Shown here one piece after another: positions 47,842-55,757 of a stretch of 64,000 nucleotides of DNA (positions within the stretch are counted from its first letter, which is position 1; each line of letters starts with the position of its first letter). The translations under genes and the position numbers were made by a program. The stretch comes from an uncultured candidatus Porisulfidus sp. (GTDB lineage Bacteria; Pseudomonadota; Gammaproteobacteria; Poriferisulfidales; Poriferisulfidaceae): contig OZ241993.1 of NCBI GenBank assembly GCA_965204575.1, forward strand, positions 1,248,001-1,312,000, read 5' to 3'. The notes below the pieces were generated by a model. That model was not told the DNA's origin, made no database searches, and saw only the letters and a list, made by a program, of their open reading frames with translations.

Positions 47842-50160
47842 ATGCCACCACGCGAAACCCCACGGCCTGGAATACTGAAAAAAGTCACAGCGGCTGATCT
47901 TGGTTTTGTCGAACTCCCGGCACTAACGCCGCATCTTGAATTCCGCCTCATTGAAGAAGGGCAGGTGCTGTTGGTTTCCGAAACCTTCAATACATTGCTC
48001 CGCGAAAAGGTTCACACGGACCTCTTGCCGCTCCTCGACGGACACCATTCGCATCATGACATTGCCGAGACCCTGGCCGGAGCGTATTCGGAATCCGAAA
48101 TTCAAACCGCCATTGCTTCTTTGGTCGCGAGAGGGTATGTCGTTTCCGGCAACCACCTCATGGAACGAGGGCAAGCAGCATTCTGGTCCTCGCTGGGTGT
48201 CTCTCCCCGATGGGCCGAGGGGCGTTTGGCGGCGGCGAAAGTGGAAGTTGCCGGCGATGATGACCAGCTCGCTCGCAGGCTAGATGCTCTGGGCATAGCC
48301 GTGGGCACCGACCATCCGGCTCTTTCGGTCATTGTTTGCGAGGATTATCTCGACGATCAGCATGCCGGGATCAATCAACGCCACCTTGCGTCCGGCGAGC
48401 CGTGGATGTTGGCGCAACCGAAAGGCATTCGGCCTTTATTCGGCCCGGTATTCCGGCCCTCGGAGCAAGGCCCATGCTGGGCCTGCCTGACCTATCGCAT
48501 GCGCGGCCATCAAGAGGTCCATAATTTCCTGCGCAACCTTGCTGGAGAGGATGCGGCTTTTTCGCCTTTTGCCGCTGAATCCTCCGTCCTGGATTCGGTG
48601 TATGGACTGATTGCTGTCGAGATCGCCAAGTGGGTGGTGCTTGAGGAAATGGCTCCCCTCCATGAACAGGCGATTTCGTTCGACACTGCTCGCCTGAGCA
48701 GCGAATACCATCCGGTCATGCGCCGGCCTCAGTGTTTCGCATGCGGGGAGGAGGCGCTCTATCGCGCGGACCGGCCGCCCGTTCCGGTGCAGCTGCGATC
48801 AAGCCCGAAAAACATATGTAACAGTGGAGGGGCGCGTTCGGTTTCTCCAGAAGAGACTCTTGCCCGATATCGCCATCTGGTCAGTCCGGTCAGTGGGGTC
48901 GTTTCATGGGTCACGCGAATCACGGATGAAACAGACCCTTGGTTGCATGTACATTGGGCGGGGAGCAATTTCGCGCTGCAAAGCATGAAATTGAGTTCAT
49001 TGCGGCGCAGTTTGCGGAGCAAGAGCGCGGGCAAGGGCAGCACGCCGAAGCAATCCGAGGCAAGCGCTCTCTGTGAGGCGGTCGAACGCTACTGCGGTGC
49101 CTTTCACGGAGATGAGATTTGCTGTCAAAGGCGGTTCTCGGAGTTTTCTCAGGCTGGGGAATCAGAAGCGGTCCACCCGAACGATGTCCAGTTGTTCAGC
49201 GATTGGCAACTGGATCATGCTGAGGAAATTGATGCCGAGGGTCACCCCTGCAATGTTGTTCCATCGCGTTTCGACCCCGGTGCGAAGCTTGGTTGGTCGC
49301 CGGTATGGTCGCTGACCGAGGGCCGGCACCGATACCTGCCGACATCAATGCTCTACAGCATGCCCAGTGAACATCAAGAGCGTTCGGGGCTTAAAGCGGA
49401 TTCGAACGGGTGCGCCGCCGGGAACACCCTGGAAGAAGCCATCTTGCAGGGATTTTTCGAACTGGTTGAACGCGATGCTTTTGCCATTTGGTGGTACAAC
49501 CGGCTGCATTTGCCTGGAGTAAACCTGGAGAGTTTCAATGATGACTACTTGGCGTGCGCGTGTGACCGCTATCGAGACTTTCATCGCGAGTTGTGGGTGC
49601 TGGACGTGACCAACGATCTTGGCATTCCCGTCTTCGTCGCCGTCTCCCGCAGAATCGACAAGGATGAGGAAGATATCATCTATGCGGCCGGGGCGCATAC
49701 AGACCCGCACATTGCTGCTCTACGCGCGGTGTGTGAGTTGAATCAATTTCTGAACTTGATCCAGGGAAGGAGACAGGCCTCCGCAAGTGTGGCAGTCAAT
49801 GACCCGACATGCCGCTGGTGGTGGAAGAATGCAAGGCTGGCGGACCATTCCTACCTCGCGCCAGCTTCCGCCGTCAAGCCAAAGGGGAAGGCGGATTATT
49901 CCGTTCCCGACACCACGGACATAAAAGAGGATGTGGAGCAATGCCGTGCGGTGGTCGAATCCAAAGGCATGGAGTTCTTGGTGCTCGATCAGACACGACC
50001 CGATATCGGGATGTCCGTGGTGCGGGTCATTGTGCCTGGCCTGCGCCACTTTTGGCCACGTTATGCCCCAGGGCGCTTGTTCGAAGTGCCGGTTGGGATG
50101 AAATGGCGTGAGAACCCGATTACGGAAGCGGAAGTCAACCCCGCCCCGGTCATTGTCTGA
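47842..50160 (+). CDS. Fused leader-binding/E1-like + YcaO cyclodehydratase (TOMM C-D fusion)
   Basis: N-terminal RRE/ocin-ThiF-like part with GP.F.P...CWAC and RRPQCFAC; YcaO motifs GKG...SAL.EAVER and SNGCAAGNTLEEAILQGFFELVERDA; Pro-rich C-terminus (NPAPVIV) typical of azoline-forming YcaO. Start could be further upstream (47737). Confidence 0.93.
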   Translation: MPPRETPRPGILKKVTAADLGFVELPALTPHLEFRLIEEGQVLLVSETFNTLLREKVHTDLLPLLDGHHSHHDIAETLAGAYSESEIQTAIASLVARGYVVSGNHLMERGQAAFWSSLGVSPRWAEGRLAAAKVEVAGDDDQLARRLDALGIAVGTDHPALSVIVCEDYLDDQHAGINQRHLASGEPWMLAQPKGIRPLFGPVFRPSEQGPCWACLTYRMRGHQEVHNFLRNLAGEDAAFSPFAAESSVLDSVYGLIAVEIAKWVVLEEMAPLHEQAISFDTARLSSEYHPVMRRPQCFACGEEALYRADRPPVPVQLRSSPKNICNSGGARSVSPEETLARYRHLVSPVSGVVSWVTRITDETDPWLHVHWAGSNFALQSMKLSSLRRSLRSKSAGKGSTPKQSEASALCEAVERYCGAFHGDEICCQRRFSEFSQAGESEAVHPNDVQLFSDWQLDHAEEIDAEGHPCNVVPSRFDPGAKLGWSPVWSLTEGRHRYLPTSMLYSMPSEHQERSGLKADSNGCAAGNTLEEAILQGFFELVERDAFAIWWYNRLHLPGVNLESFNDDYLACACDRYRDFHRELWVLDVTNDLGIPVFVAVSRRIDKDEEDIIYAAGAHTDPHIAALRAVCELNQFLNLIQGRRQASASVAVNDPTCRWWWKNARLADHSYLAPASAVKPKGKADYSVPDTTDIKEDVEQCRAVVESKGMEFLVLDQTRPDIGMSVVRVIVPGLRHFWPRYAPGRLFEVPVGMKWRENPITEAEVNPAPVIV

Positions 50161-50526
50161 TCTGTCGATATTGACGTCATAAAAACAATACCGGGCTACC
50201 GAAGGGGACCTTCATCAAGAGCAGGCTCCACGGGATGATTTCCTGAGCGGCTTCAGAAGCCGTTCGCTACCCCAGTTGATTGGTGATCCGGGTCGGGAAG
50301 GAATCCTGAGGCGCGTTAGCGGGCTTCCCATCACCATGGCGGCACGGTTTAGCTGGGCGGAATCCCCGGCACCAGCAATGTCCTGCTGGGGTCAAACCAC
50401 TCACAAAGACAGAGGCTCGGGCGCCAGTGGCCGACTTCCAGAACGGGAAGCGCATCTGGATATTGATTTATTTTTCGGGGTGATTTTTTTATGCGAAAGC
50501 CTGAAGTGCCACCACATTAACCATAG

Positions 50527-50556
50527 ATGGCGCAGAGAGATTACTTTCTGCGCCAT
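50527..50556. terminator. Hairpin downstream of the precursor gene
   Basis: ATGGCGCAGA-N10-TCTGCGCCAT perfect 10-bp stem. Confidence 0.55.
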
Positions 50557-50618
50557 TAAGTATGTGTTCCACCGAAGAGCTTGAAACTAACTGAACACCC
50601 CTAAGCAGTCGAGTTTAA

Positions 50619-50894
50619 TTACGTGCAGAAAAGAACCCCTGCAGCAATCATCTCCAACTGTTCCTCGCTCAGTTCGGGACCGGCTGGCAATGACAGATGA
50701 AATGTGTTTGCATCGTTTTGATGCACCACGATTGTCAAACTTTCTGGCAATTCCACACCGAACTCGTCAGCAATCACAGTTTTCGGGTCGGAGATGAGTT
50801 GCTGGCGAAAGCCAGCATCCTCTATTGCGCGATCTGTTAAATGCTGACGCATTTGATCAGCCCTTTCGGCTATTGCTTCGTACAACTCTTCCAT
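50619..50894 (-). CDS. NHLP-leader (proteusin-type) RiPP precursor, predicted core VLFCT
   Basis: RA.ED..FRQQL..DPK.VI..EFGVELP..L.I.VH......HL.LP...ELSEEQLEMIAAG leader, then VLFCT-stop; GAGGGA RBS before MEELY. Confidence 0.9.
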   Translation of the reverse strand: MEELYEAIAERADQMRQHLTDRAIEDAGFRQQLISDPKTVIADEFGVELPESLTIVVHQNDANTFHLSLPAGPELSEEQLEMIAAGVLFCT

Positions 50895-50918
50895 ATTGAT
50901 TCCCTCGCTAGTTGTAAT

Positions 50919-50932
50919 CCACATGCATGTGG
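50919..50932. promoter_or_regulatory. Perfect 14-bp palindrome upstream of the RiPP precursor
   Basis: CCACATGCATGTGG, starting 25 bp upstream of the precursor ATG. Confidence 0.35.
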
Positions 50933-51071
50933 GTTGATTCAAGTATAGCAAGACTTGTAGGGAACTCGTTCGAATGTGCGGGTTCATGTGCACGTGCTAG
51001 ACCCGTCCCGATATGCGTCTCTATGTTAGACTTGCGGCAATCATTTTCCAGAGGTTTTTCCTTTCCTCAAG

Positions 51072-51998
51072 ATGCCTGATCGCCTGACCCTAGCTGCGCT
51101 CATCGCGTTGTTGCTCGTCCTGTTGGCGGGCTCCATTTCCGTCTCCCAAAGACCGGCACCGTTTTCGGAAGGTGTCTTTTGGCAGGTGAGCAAGGACGGC
51201 GAGATCGTCGGGCACATTCTCGGCACCATCCACAGCAATGACGAACGCGTCACGCGGATTCCGGAACGGGTCATGGACGTGTTTACGAAATCATCAGCCT
51301 ATGCCATTGAGGCGTTTCCCGGGAGTGAACTGTGGAACCCCTACCATGGGCTTCAGAATATTCGTGGCCGCATGATGCTGCCGGGCAAGCAGACACTTGC
51401 GGAGGTCGCCGGTGAGGAACTGGCGAAGAAGGTGTATACGATTCTCAAGAGCAATTACGTCGATGAGGAATTTGCACGCCGCGTAAAACCGTGGGCCGCG
51501 ATCCACAGTCTCGCCATTAAGTCAGAGCACCAAGGACCGATCGTGGATCAGAAGCTCCTGGACCTGGCGGTGCTGCAGGACAAGGAGTTGTATCAAATCG
51601 AGAGTCCGGAAGAGTTGCTGGCTGCGTTCTATGCAATGCCGATGGATTCGCAGGTCTCGTTGCTGAAAGACAAGTTGCGGGCCTTTCCAGAGATGCGCAA
51701 TACCATGGAAGACATCGTTCTGGCCTACGGGCGCGAAGACCTGCAGGCCATGATGGACCTGTCGACGGACTTTATTGACAAGGACCCGGACAAACGGAAA
51801 CATTATGAGATGTATGTCAAGCATGCCATCGATATTCGAAGCATTGTGATGACGCACTACATGGGCGCAGCGTTTCGCGAGGGCAATGCGTTCATTGCCG
51901 TCGGGGCCTTGCATTTGTATGGAAAGAACGGAGTGCTGGCGTTGCTTGGCCAAGAATTCTACGGCCAATACGAAGTGGAACGAATCCTGATCAAGTAA
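51072..51998 (+). CDS. TraB/GumN (Tiki-like) family secreted protein
   Basis: Signal/TM N-terminus; W.V...GHILGTIH, VDQ.L, IES.EE, FIAVGALHL.G..GVL.LL. Confidence 0.85.
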   Translation: MPDRLTLAALIALLLVLLAGSISVSQRPAPFSEGVFWQVSKDGEIVGHILGTIHSNDERVTRIPERVMDVFTKSSAYAIEAFPGSELWNPYHGLQNIRGRMMLPGKQTLAEVAGEELAKKVYTILKSNYVDEEFARRVKPWAAIHSLAIKSEHQGPIVDQKLLDLAVLQDKELYQIESPEELLAAFYAMPMDSQVSLLKDKLRAFPEMRNTMEDIVLAYGREDLQAMMDLSTDFIDKDPDKRKHYEMYVKHAIDIRSIVMTHYMGAAFREGNAFIAVGALHLYGKNGVLALLGQEFYGQYEVERILIK

Positions 51999-52065
51999 CC
52001 CGCCTGGCCCCGCTGCCGCGGAACAAGCCGGTCTCCATTACACGTTCGGTGACGGGGTGCTTCCC

Positions 52066-52758
52066 TCAACTGCGTCCGTAAACCGGCACGACGGCGCCGT
52101 TGATGGATTTGCTGGATGGATTGGCGAGATGGATGATGGCTGCGGCGAGGTCCTCGGGTGGCACCCACTTTGAATGATCCGCATTGGGCATGTCGGAGCG
52201 ATTTCGAGGAGTGTCAATGGTGCCGGGCAGGATGCAGTTGGCCGTGATTCCGGTTTCGGCGCATTCCAGGGCAATCACTTCCGTCAGGGTGACCACGGCC
52301 GCTTTCGAGACACAGTAGGGAGCCATTCGCGCCCCCGGCTTGCGCACGGCGCGGGCCCCCACGTTGATGATGCGACCGAAATCCGCCTCCCGCATGATCG
52401 GCAGGGCGTACTTGCAGGCCAGCCAGGCGGTGACGGCATTAATCCGAAACATGTCGGCCCAATCGTCCAGGGTGGTTTCTTCGACTTTCGGTCCCATCGC
52501 GAAGCCGCCCGCAATGTTGGCGAGGATATCGATGCGGCCATGTTGCTGGTGGATTGCACTGAAAGTTTCACGCACGGAGGACTCGTCGGTCAGGTCGCAG
52601 GCATGAGCTGCGGAACTTGGCACGTCTTCCAATCGCTTGGCATCGCGGTCCACGGCAACGGTGGTGGCGCCACATTCTCCGAAACGACGGACTGTAGCTT
52701 GGCCCAACACCCCAGCGGCTCCGGTGACGACAGCGATGTGGTCGGTAAAGAGGTTCAT
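52066..52758 (-). CDS. Short-chain dehydrogenase/reductase
   Basis: VTGAAGVLG, N.AGG, YCVSK (YxxxK), PGTIDTP.N. Confidence 0.92.
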   Translation of the reverse strand: MNLFTDHIAVVTGAAGVLGQATVRRFGECGATTVAVDRDAKRLEDVPSSAAHACDLTDESSVRETFSAIHQQHGRIDILANIAGGFAMGPKVEETTLDDWADMFRINAVTAWLACKYALPIMREADFGRIINVGARAVRKPGARMAPYCVSKAAVVTLTEVIALECAETGITANCILPGTIDTPRNRSDMPNADHSKWVPPEDLAAAIIHLANPSSKSINGAVVPVYGRS

Positions 52759-52783
52759 GGACAGACCGTACGTAGCGGCAGGT

Positions 52784-54472
52784 TCATTGTAGGGCCCAGC
52801 CGGGGATTTCGCCCAACAGGCCGAAGACCCAATGGCCAAGGCTAAAGACCAGTGTAGTCAGTATGACGACCGACAGGATGTCGAGCCAGACTCCGGCGAT
52901 GACCATCTTGATGATCGGAACTCGTCGCGAACCGTAGACGATGGCATTGGGCGGGGTGGAAATCGGCAGCATGAATGCGCAAGAGGCAGCCAAGGCCGTT
53001 GGGATCAGCAACAACAGGGGATGCACCTCGATGCCTTGCGCGAGGCTGGCCATGATCGGGATGGCCGTGGAGGTGGTGGCCGTGTTGGAGGTCAGTTCGG
53101 TCAGGCTGGTGATGAAGCCAATCGTGCTCATCACAACCACAAGAGAACTACTGTCGTGCAGCAGGATCTCAAACTGTTGGGCCGCCCAAGCAGACAGGCC
53201 GGATACGCCGAACCCCTTGGCCAAGGCCAAGCCCCCTCCGAACAGGATCAGCACGCCCCAGGGGACCTTGTTCAGGTCATCTGTGTCCAGCAATCGGCCA
53301 TGGGTCGATTTGGCGGGAAGCGCGAACAGGAGAAGAGCCATGGCGATGGCGACCGTGCTGTCGTCGACCATCGGGCCAACGGCGGCAATGTCGAACCGGG
53401 CCAGAAACAGATCCAGGTAATGGCTCCAGCCGAAGATATCGACATCGCTGCCGAACAGGTATTTCTTGCGGGTGAACCAGAGAGCGATCAGGGTGGCAAA
53501 GACCGCTAAAACTCTTTTCTCCTCGGGGCTCATCGGTCCGAGCTCCCGGTGCTGCCGGGCAATCAGGTCGCCGCCGCTGAACTGGCCGGTGGGGGGCAGG
53601 GGGAAGACCAAGCGGGTCAGCAGGAACCATGCGCACCCCAGAAACAAGAGTGAGAAAGGCATGGCCATCATTGACCAGGAAGCGAACGAAATGGAAGGCG
53701 CCTGGGGGTATAGCTGTTCGAACTGGGCGACCAGAATGGCGTTGGGCGGCGTGCCCGTCAGGGTGGCCATGCCGCCGATGGAGGCGGCATACGCAAGCCC
53801 CAGCAGCAGGGCAAAGGAAAAGTTCCTTTCGCGGGGATGCGGAGAGGTGTCGGCGGCTCCCTGGGTGGCATGGAACTCCTCGCGGAACAGAACGACAGAC
53901 AACGCGATCGGAAGCAACATCATGGTGGTGGCAGTATTGGAAAGCCACATCGAGAGAAGGGCGGCTGCCAGCATGAATCCAAGCACGAGTGCGTCGAGCC
54001 GGTCGCCCATGATGCGCAGGATGTTCAGCGCAATTCGCTTGTGCAGATTCCATTTCTGCACGGAGATCGCAACCAGGAACCCGCCCAGCAGAAGAAAAGT
54101 GACCCAGCTCATGTACTGGGTGACCACGTTATGGAGACTGATACTCAGGTCGCCGGGGACCAGGCCGCCGCCCAGCGCGGCATCTCCGAAATCAACCTTC
54201 CCCGAGACATCGGTGTAGCGGCCCCGCATGATGCCCATGGCCGGGAACAGCACCAGCGGCATCAGGGCGGTCGCGGCGATCGGGATGGCTTCGCTGACCC
54301 ACCAGATGGCCATCCAGGCGGTGATGGCCACCATGCGGGTGACCATCGGATTTCCGGGATCGAGGTCCGTGAAGGCGAGAATCAGGACGAATGCCAGCGG
54401 TCCGAGCCATAGCCCGATCCGGTTGCGCAGGGTGACCGGCCCGTCGTCATGCCATGTGGGGCGAGCGAACAT
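52784..54472 (-). CDS. SLC13/DASS Na+:dicarboxylate/sulfate symporter
   Basis: W..EAIP...T, LHKRIAL, SNTAT twice, GTPPNA, AFMLP.STPPNA. Confidence 0.92.
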   Translation of the reverse strand: MFARPTWHDDGPVTLRNRIGLWLGPLAFVLILAFTDLDPGNPMVTRMVAITAWMAIWWVSEAIPIAATALMPLVLFPAMGIMRGRYTDVSGKVDFGDAALGGGLVPGDLSISLHNVVTQYMSWVTFLLLGGFLVAISVQKWNLHKRIALNILRIMGDRLDALVLGFMLAAALLSMWLSNTATTMMLLPIALSVVLFREEFHATQGAADTSPHPRERNFSFALLLGLAYAASIGGMATLTGTPPNAILVAQFEQLYPQAPSISFASWSMMAMPFSLLFLGCAWFLLTRLVFPLPPTGQFSGGDLIARQHRELGPMSPEEKRVLAVFATLIALWFTRKKYLFGSDVDIFGWSHYLDLFLARFDIAAVGPMVDDSTVAIAMALLLFALPAKSTHGRLLDTDDLNKVPWGVLILFGGGLALAKGFGVSGLSAWAAQQFEILLHDSSSLVVVMSTIGFITSLTELTSNTATTSTAIPIMASLAQGIEVHPLLLLIPTALAASCAFMLPISTPPNAIVYGSRRVPIIKMVIAGVWLDILSVVILTTLVFSLGHWVFGLLGEIPGWALQ

Positions 54473-54487
54473 AGGGTAGGTTCCGAC

Positions 54488-54516
54488 AAAAAGCGCACGC
54501 GGGAATGGCGTGCGCT
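54488..54516 (-). terminator. Rho-independent terminator of nrdAB
   Basis: AGCGCACGC/GCGTGCGCT stem followed on the minus strand by a U-run. Confidence 0.8.
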
Positions 54517-54537
54517 AGGATGAGACTCAACTGTTGG

Positions 54538-55731
54538 TCAGTCCCAACTGAGTGCCCCCCCGGTCTGGTATTCGGTCACCCGGGTTTCGAAAAAGTTCTT
54601 TTCCTTCTTCAGATCCAGGGTTTCCGACATCCACTGAAACGGGTTCTGCGCGCCGGGGAATTGCGCGGGCAGGCCGACTTGGGCGAGCCTGCGATTGGCA
54701 ATGAACTTGACGTAGTCCTCGAATACAGGAGCGTTCATCCCCAGGATGCCGCGCGGCATGGTGTCGTAGGCGTAGGCGATTTCCAATTCCACGCCTTCCA
54801 TGATCAGGTCGATCATCTGTTGCTGGAATTCTCCGGACCACAACTGCGGATTTTCGATCTTGATCTGGTTGATGACGTCGATCCCGAAATTCATATGCAT
54901 GGACTCGTCACGCAGGATGTATTGGAACTGTTCGGCAACGCCGGTCAACTTGTTTCGGCGGCCCATCGACAGGATCTGCGAGAACCCCACGTAGAAGAAA
55001 ATTCCCTCGAAGACCACGTAGAACGCGATCAGGTCGCGCAACAGGCGCTGGTCGTTCTCAAAAGTCCCGGTCTGGAAGTTCGGGTCGCCCAGGCTCTGGG
55101 TGAAGGGAAGCGCCCACTCCGCCTTGCGTGCCACGGACGGCAGTTCGCGGTACATGTTGAAGACTTCGCCTTGGTCCAGGCCCAGCGATTCGACGCAGTA
55201 TTGGTAGGCATGGGTGTGAATGGCCTCTTCGAATGCCTGGCGAAGCAGGTATTGCCGGCATTCCGGGTTGGTGATGTGGCGGTATACGGCCAGCACCAGG
55301 TTGTTGGCGACCAGCGAATCGGCGGTGGAGAAGAATCCGAGGTTGCGCATGACGATCATGCGTTCGTCCTCGGTCAGGCCGTCCGGGTTCTTCCACAACT
55401 CGATGTCCGCGGTCATGTTGATTTCCTGCGGCATCCAGTGATTGTTGCAGGCGGCCAGGTATTTCTCCCAGGCCCAGGTGTACTTGAAGGGAACCAGTTG
55501 ATTCAGGTCGGCACGGCAGTTGATGATCTGTTTGTCATCGACCTGGATACGGGCCGCGCCCATCTCCAGGGTTTCCAGGCCAGTGGCCCCGGCGCCGGTT
55601 TCGGCAGGGGGTGTTTCCGTGACGGCCGGAGCCTCGGGCAGGCGGGGTTCCAGGGCGAGGTCGGCGGCTGGCGGTGGGGAGCTCGACGGGGAGAGCGGAT
55701 CGTCCCAGGCGGTAGGAGTCATGGATGTCAT
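54538..55731 (-). CDS. nrdB: Class Ia ribonucleotide reductase beta subunit
   Basis: [15 protein letters not shown] (radical Tyr), [22 protein letters not shown]; Pro/Ala-rich N-terminal extension. Confidence 0.96.
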   Translation of the reverse strand: MTSMTPTAWDDPLSPSSSPPPAADLALEPRLPEAPAVTETPPAETGAGATGLETLEMGAARIQVDDKQIINCRADLNQLVPFKYTWAWEKYLAACNNHWMPQEINMTADIELWKNPDGLTEDERMIVMRNLGFFSTADSLVANNLVLAVYRHITNPECRQYLLRQAFEEAIHTHAYQYCVESLGLDQGEVFNMYRELPSVARKAEWALPFTQSLGDPNFQTGTFENDQRLLRDLIAFYVVFEGIFFYVGFSQILSMGRRNKLTGVAEQFQYILRDESMHMNFGIDVINQIKIENPQLWSGEFQQQMIDLIMEGVELEIAYAYDTMPRGILGMNAPVFEDYVKFIANRRLAQVGLPAQFPGAQNPFQWMSETLDLKKEKNFFETRVTEYQTGGALSWD

Positions 55732-55757
55732 AGTGATCCTCCTTGTCGGTTCGGGGA

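Noticed and set aside
47842-50160. Annotation as stand-alone YcaO (S12 methylthiotransferase accessory factor) or thioamide-forming YcaO
   Set aside because: It has a fused leader-binding/E1 region, a Pro-rich C-terminus and an adjacent NHLP precursor, and there is no TfuA.
50276-50584. 102-aa ORF as a second precursor or tailoring gene
   Set aside because: TTG start without an RBS, no leader motif and atypical composition.
54538-55731. Possible class Ic (Mn/Fe) ribonucleotide reductase R2
   Set aside because: It keeps the Asp first ligand (TADS) and the radical Tyr (HTHAY), so it is class Ia.
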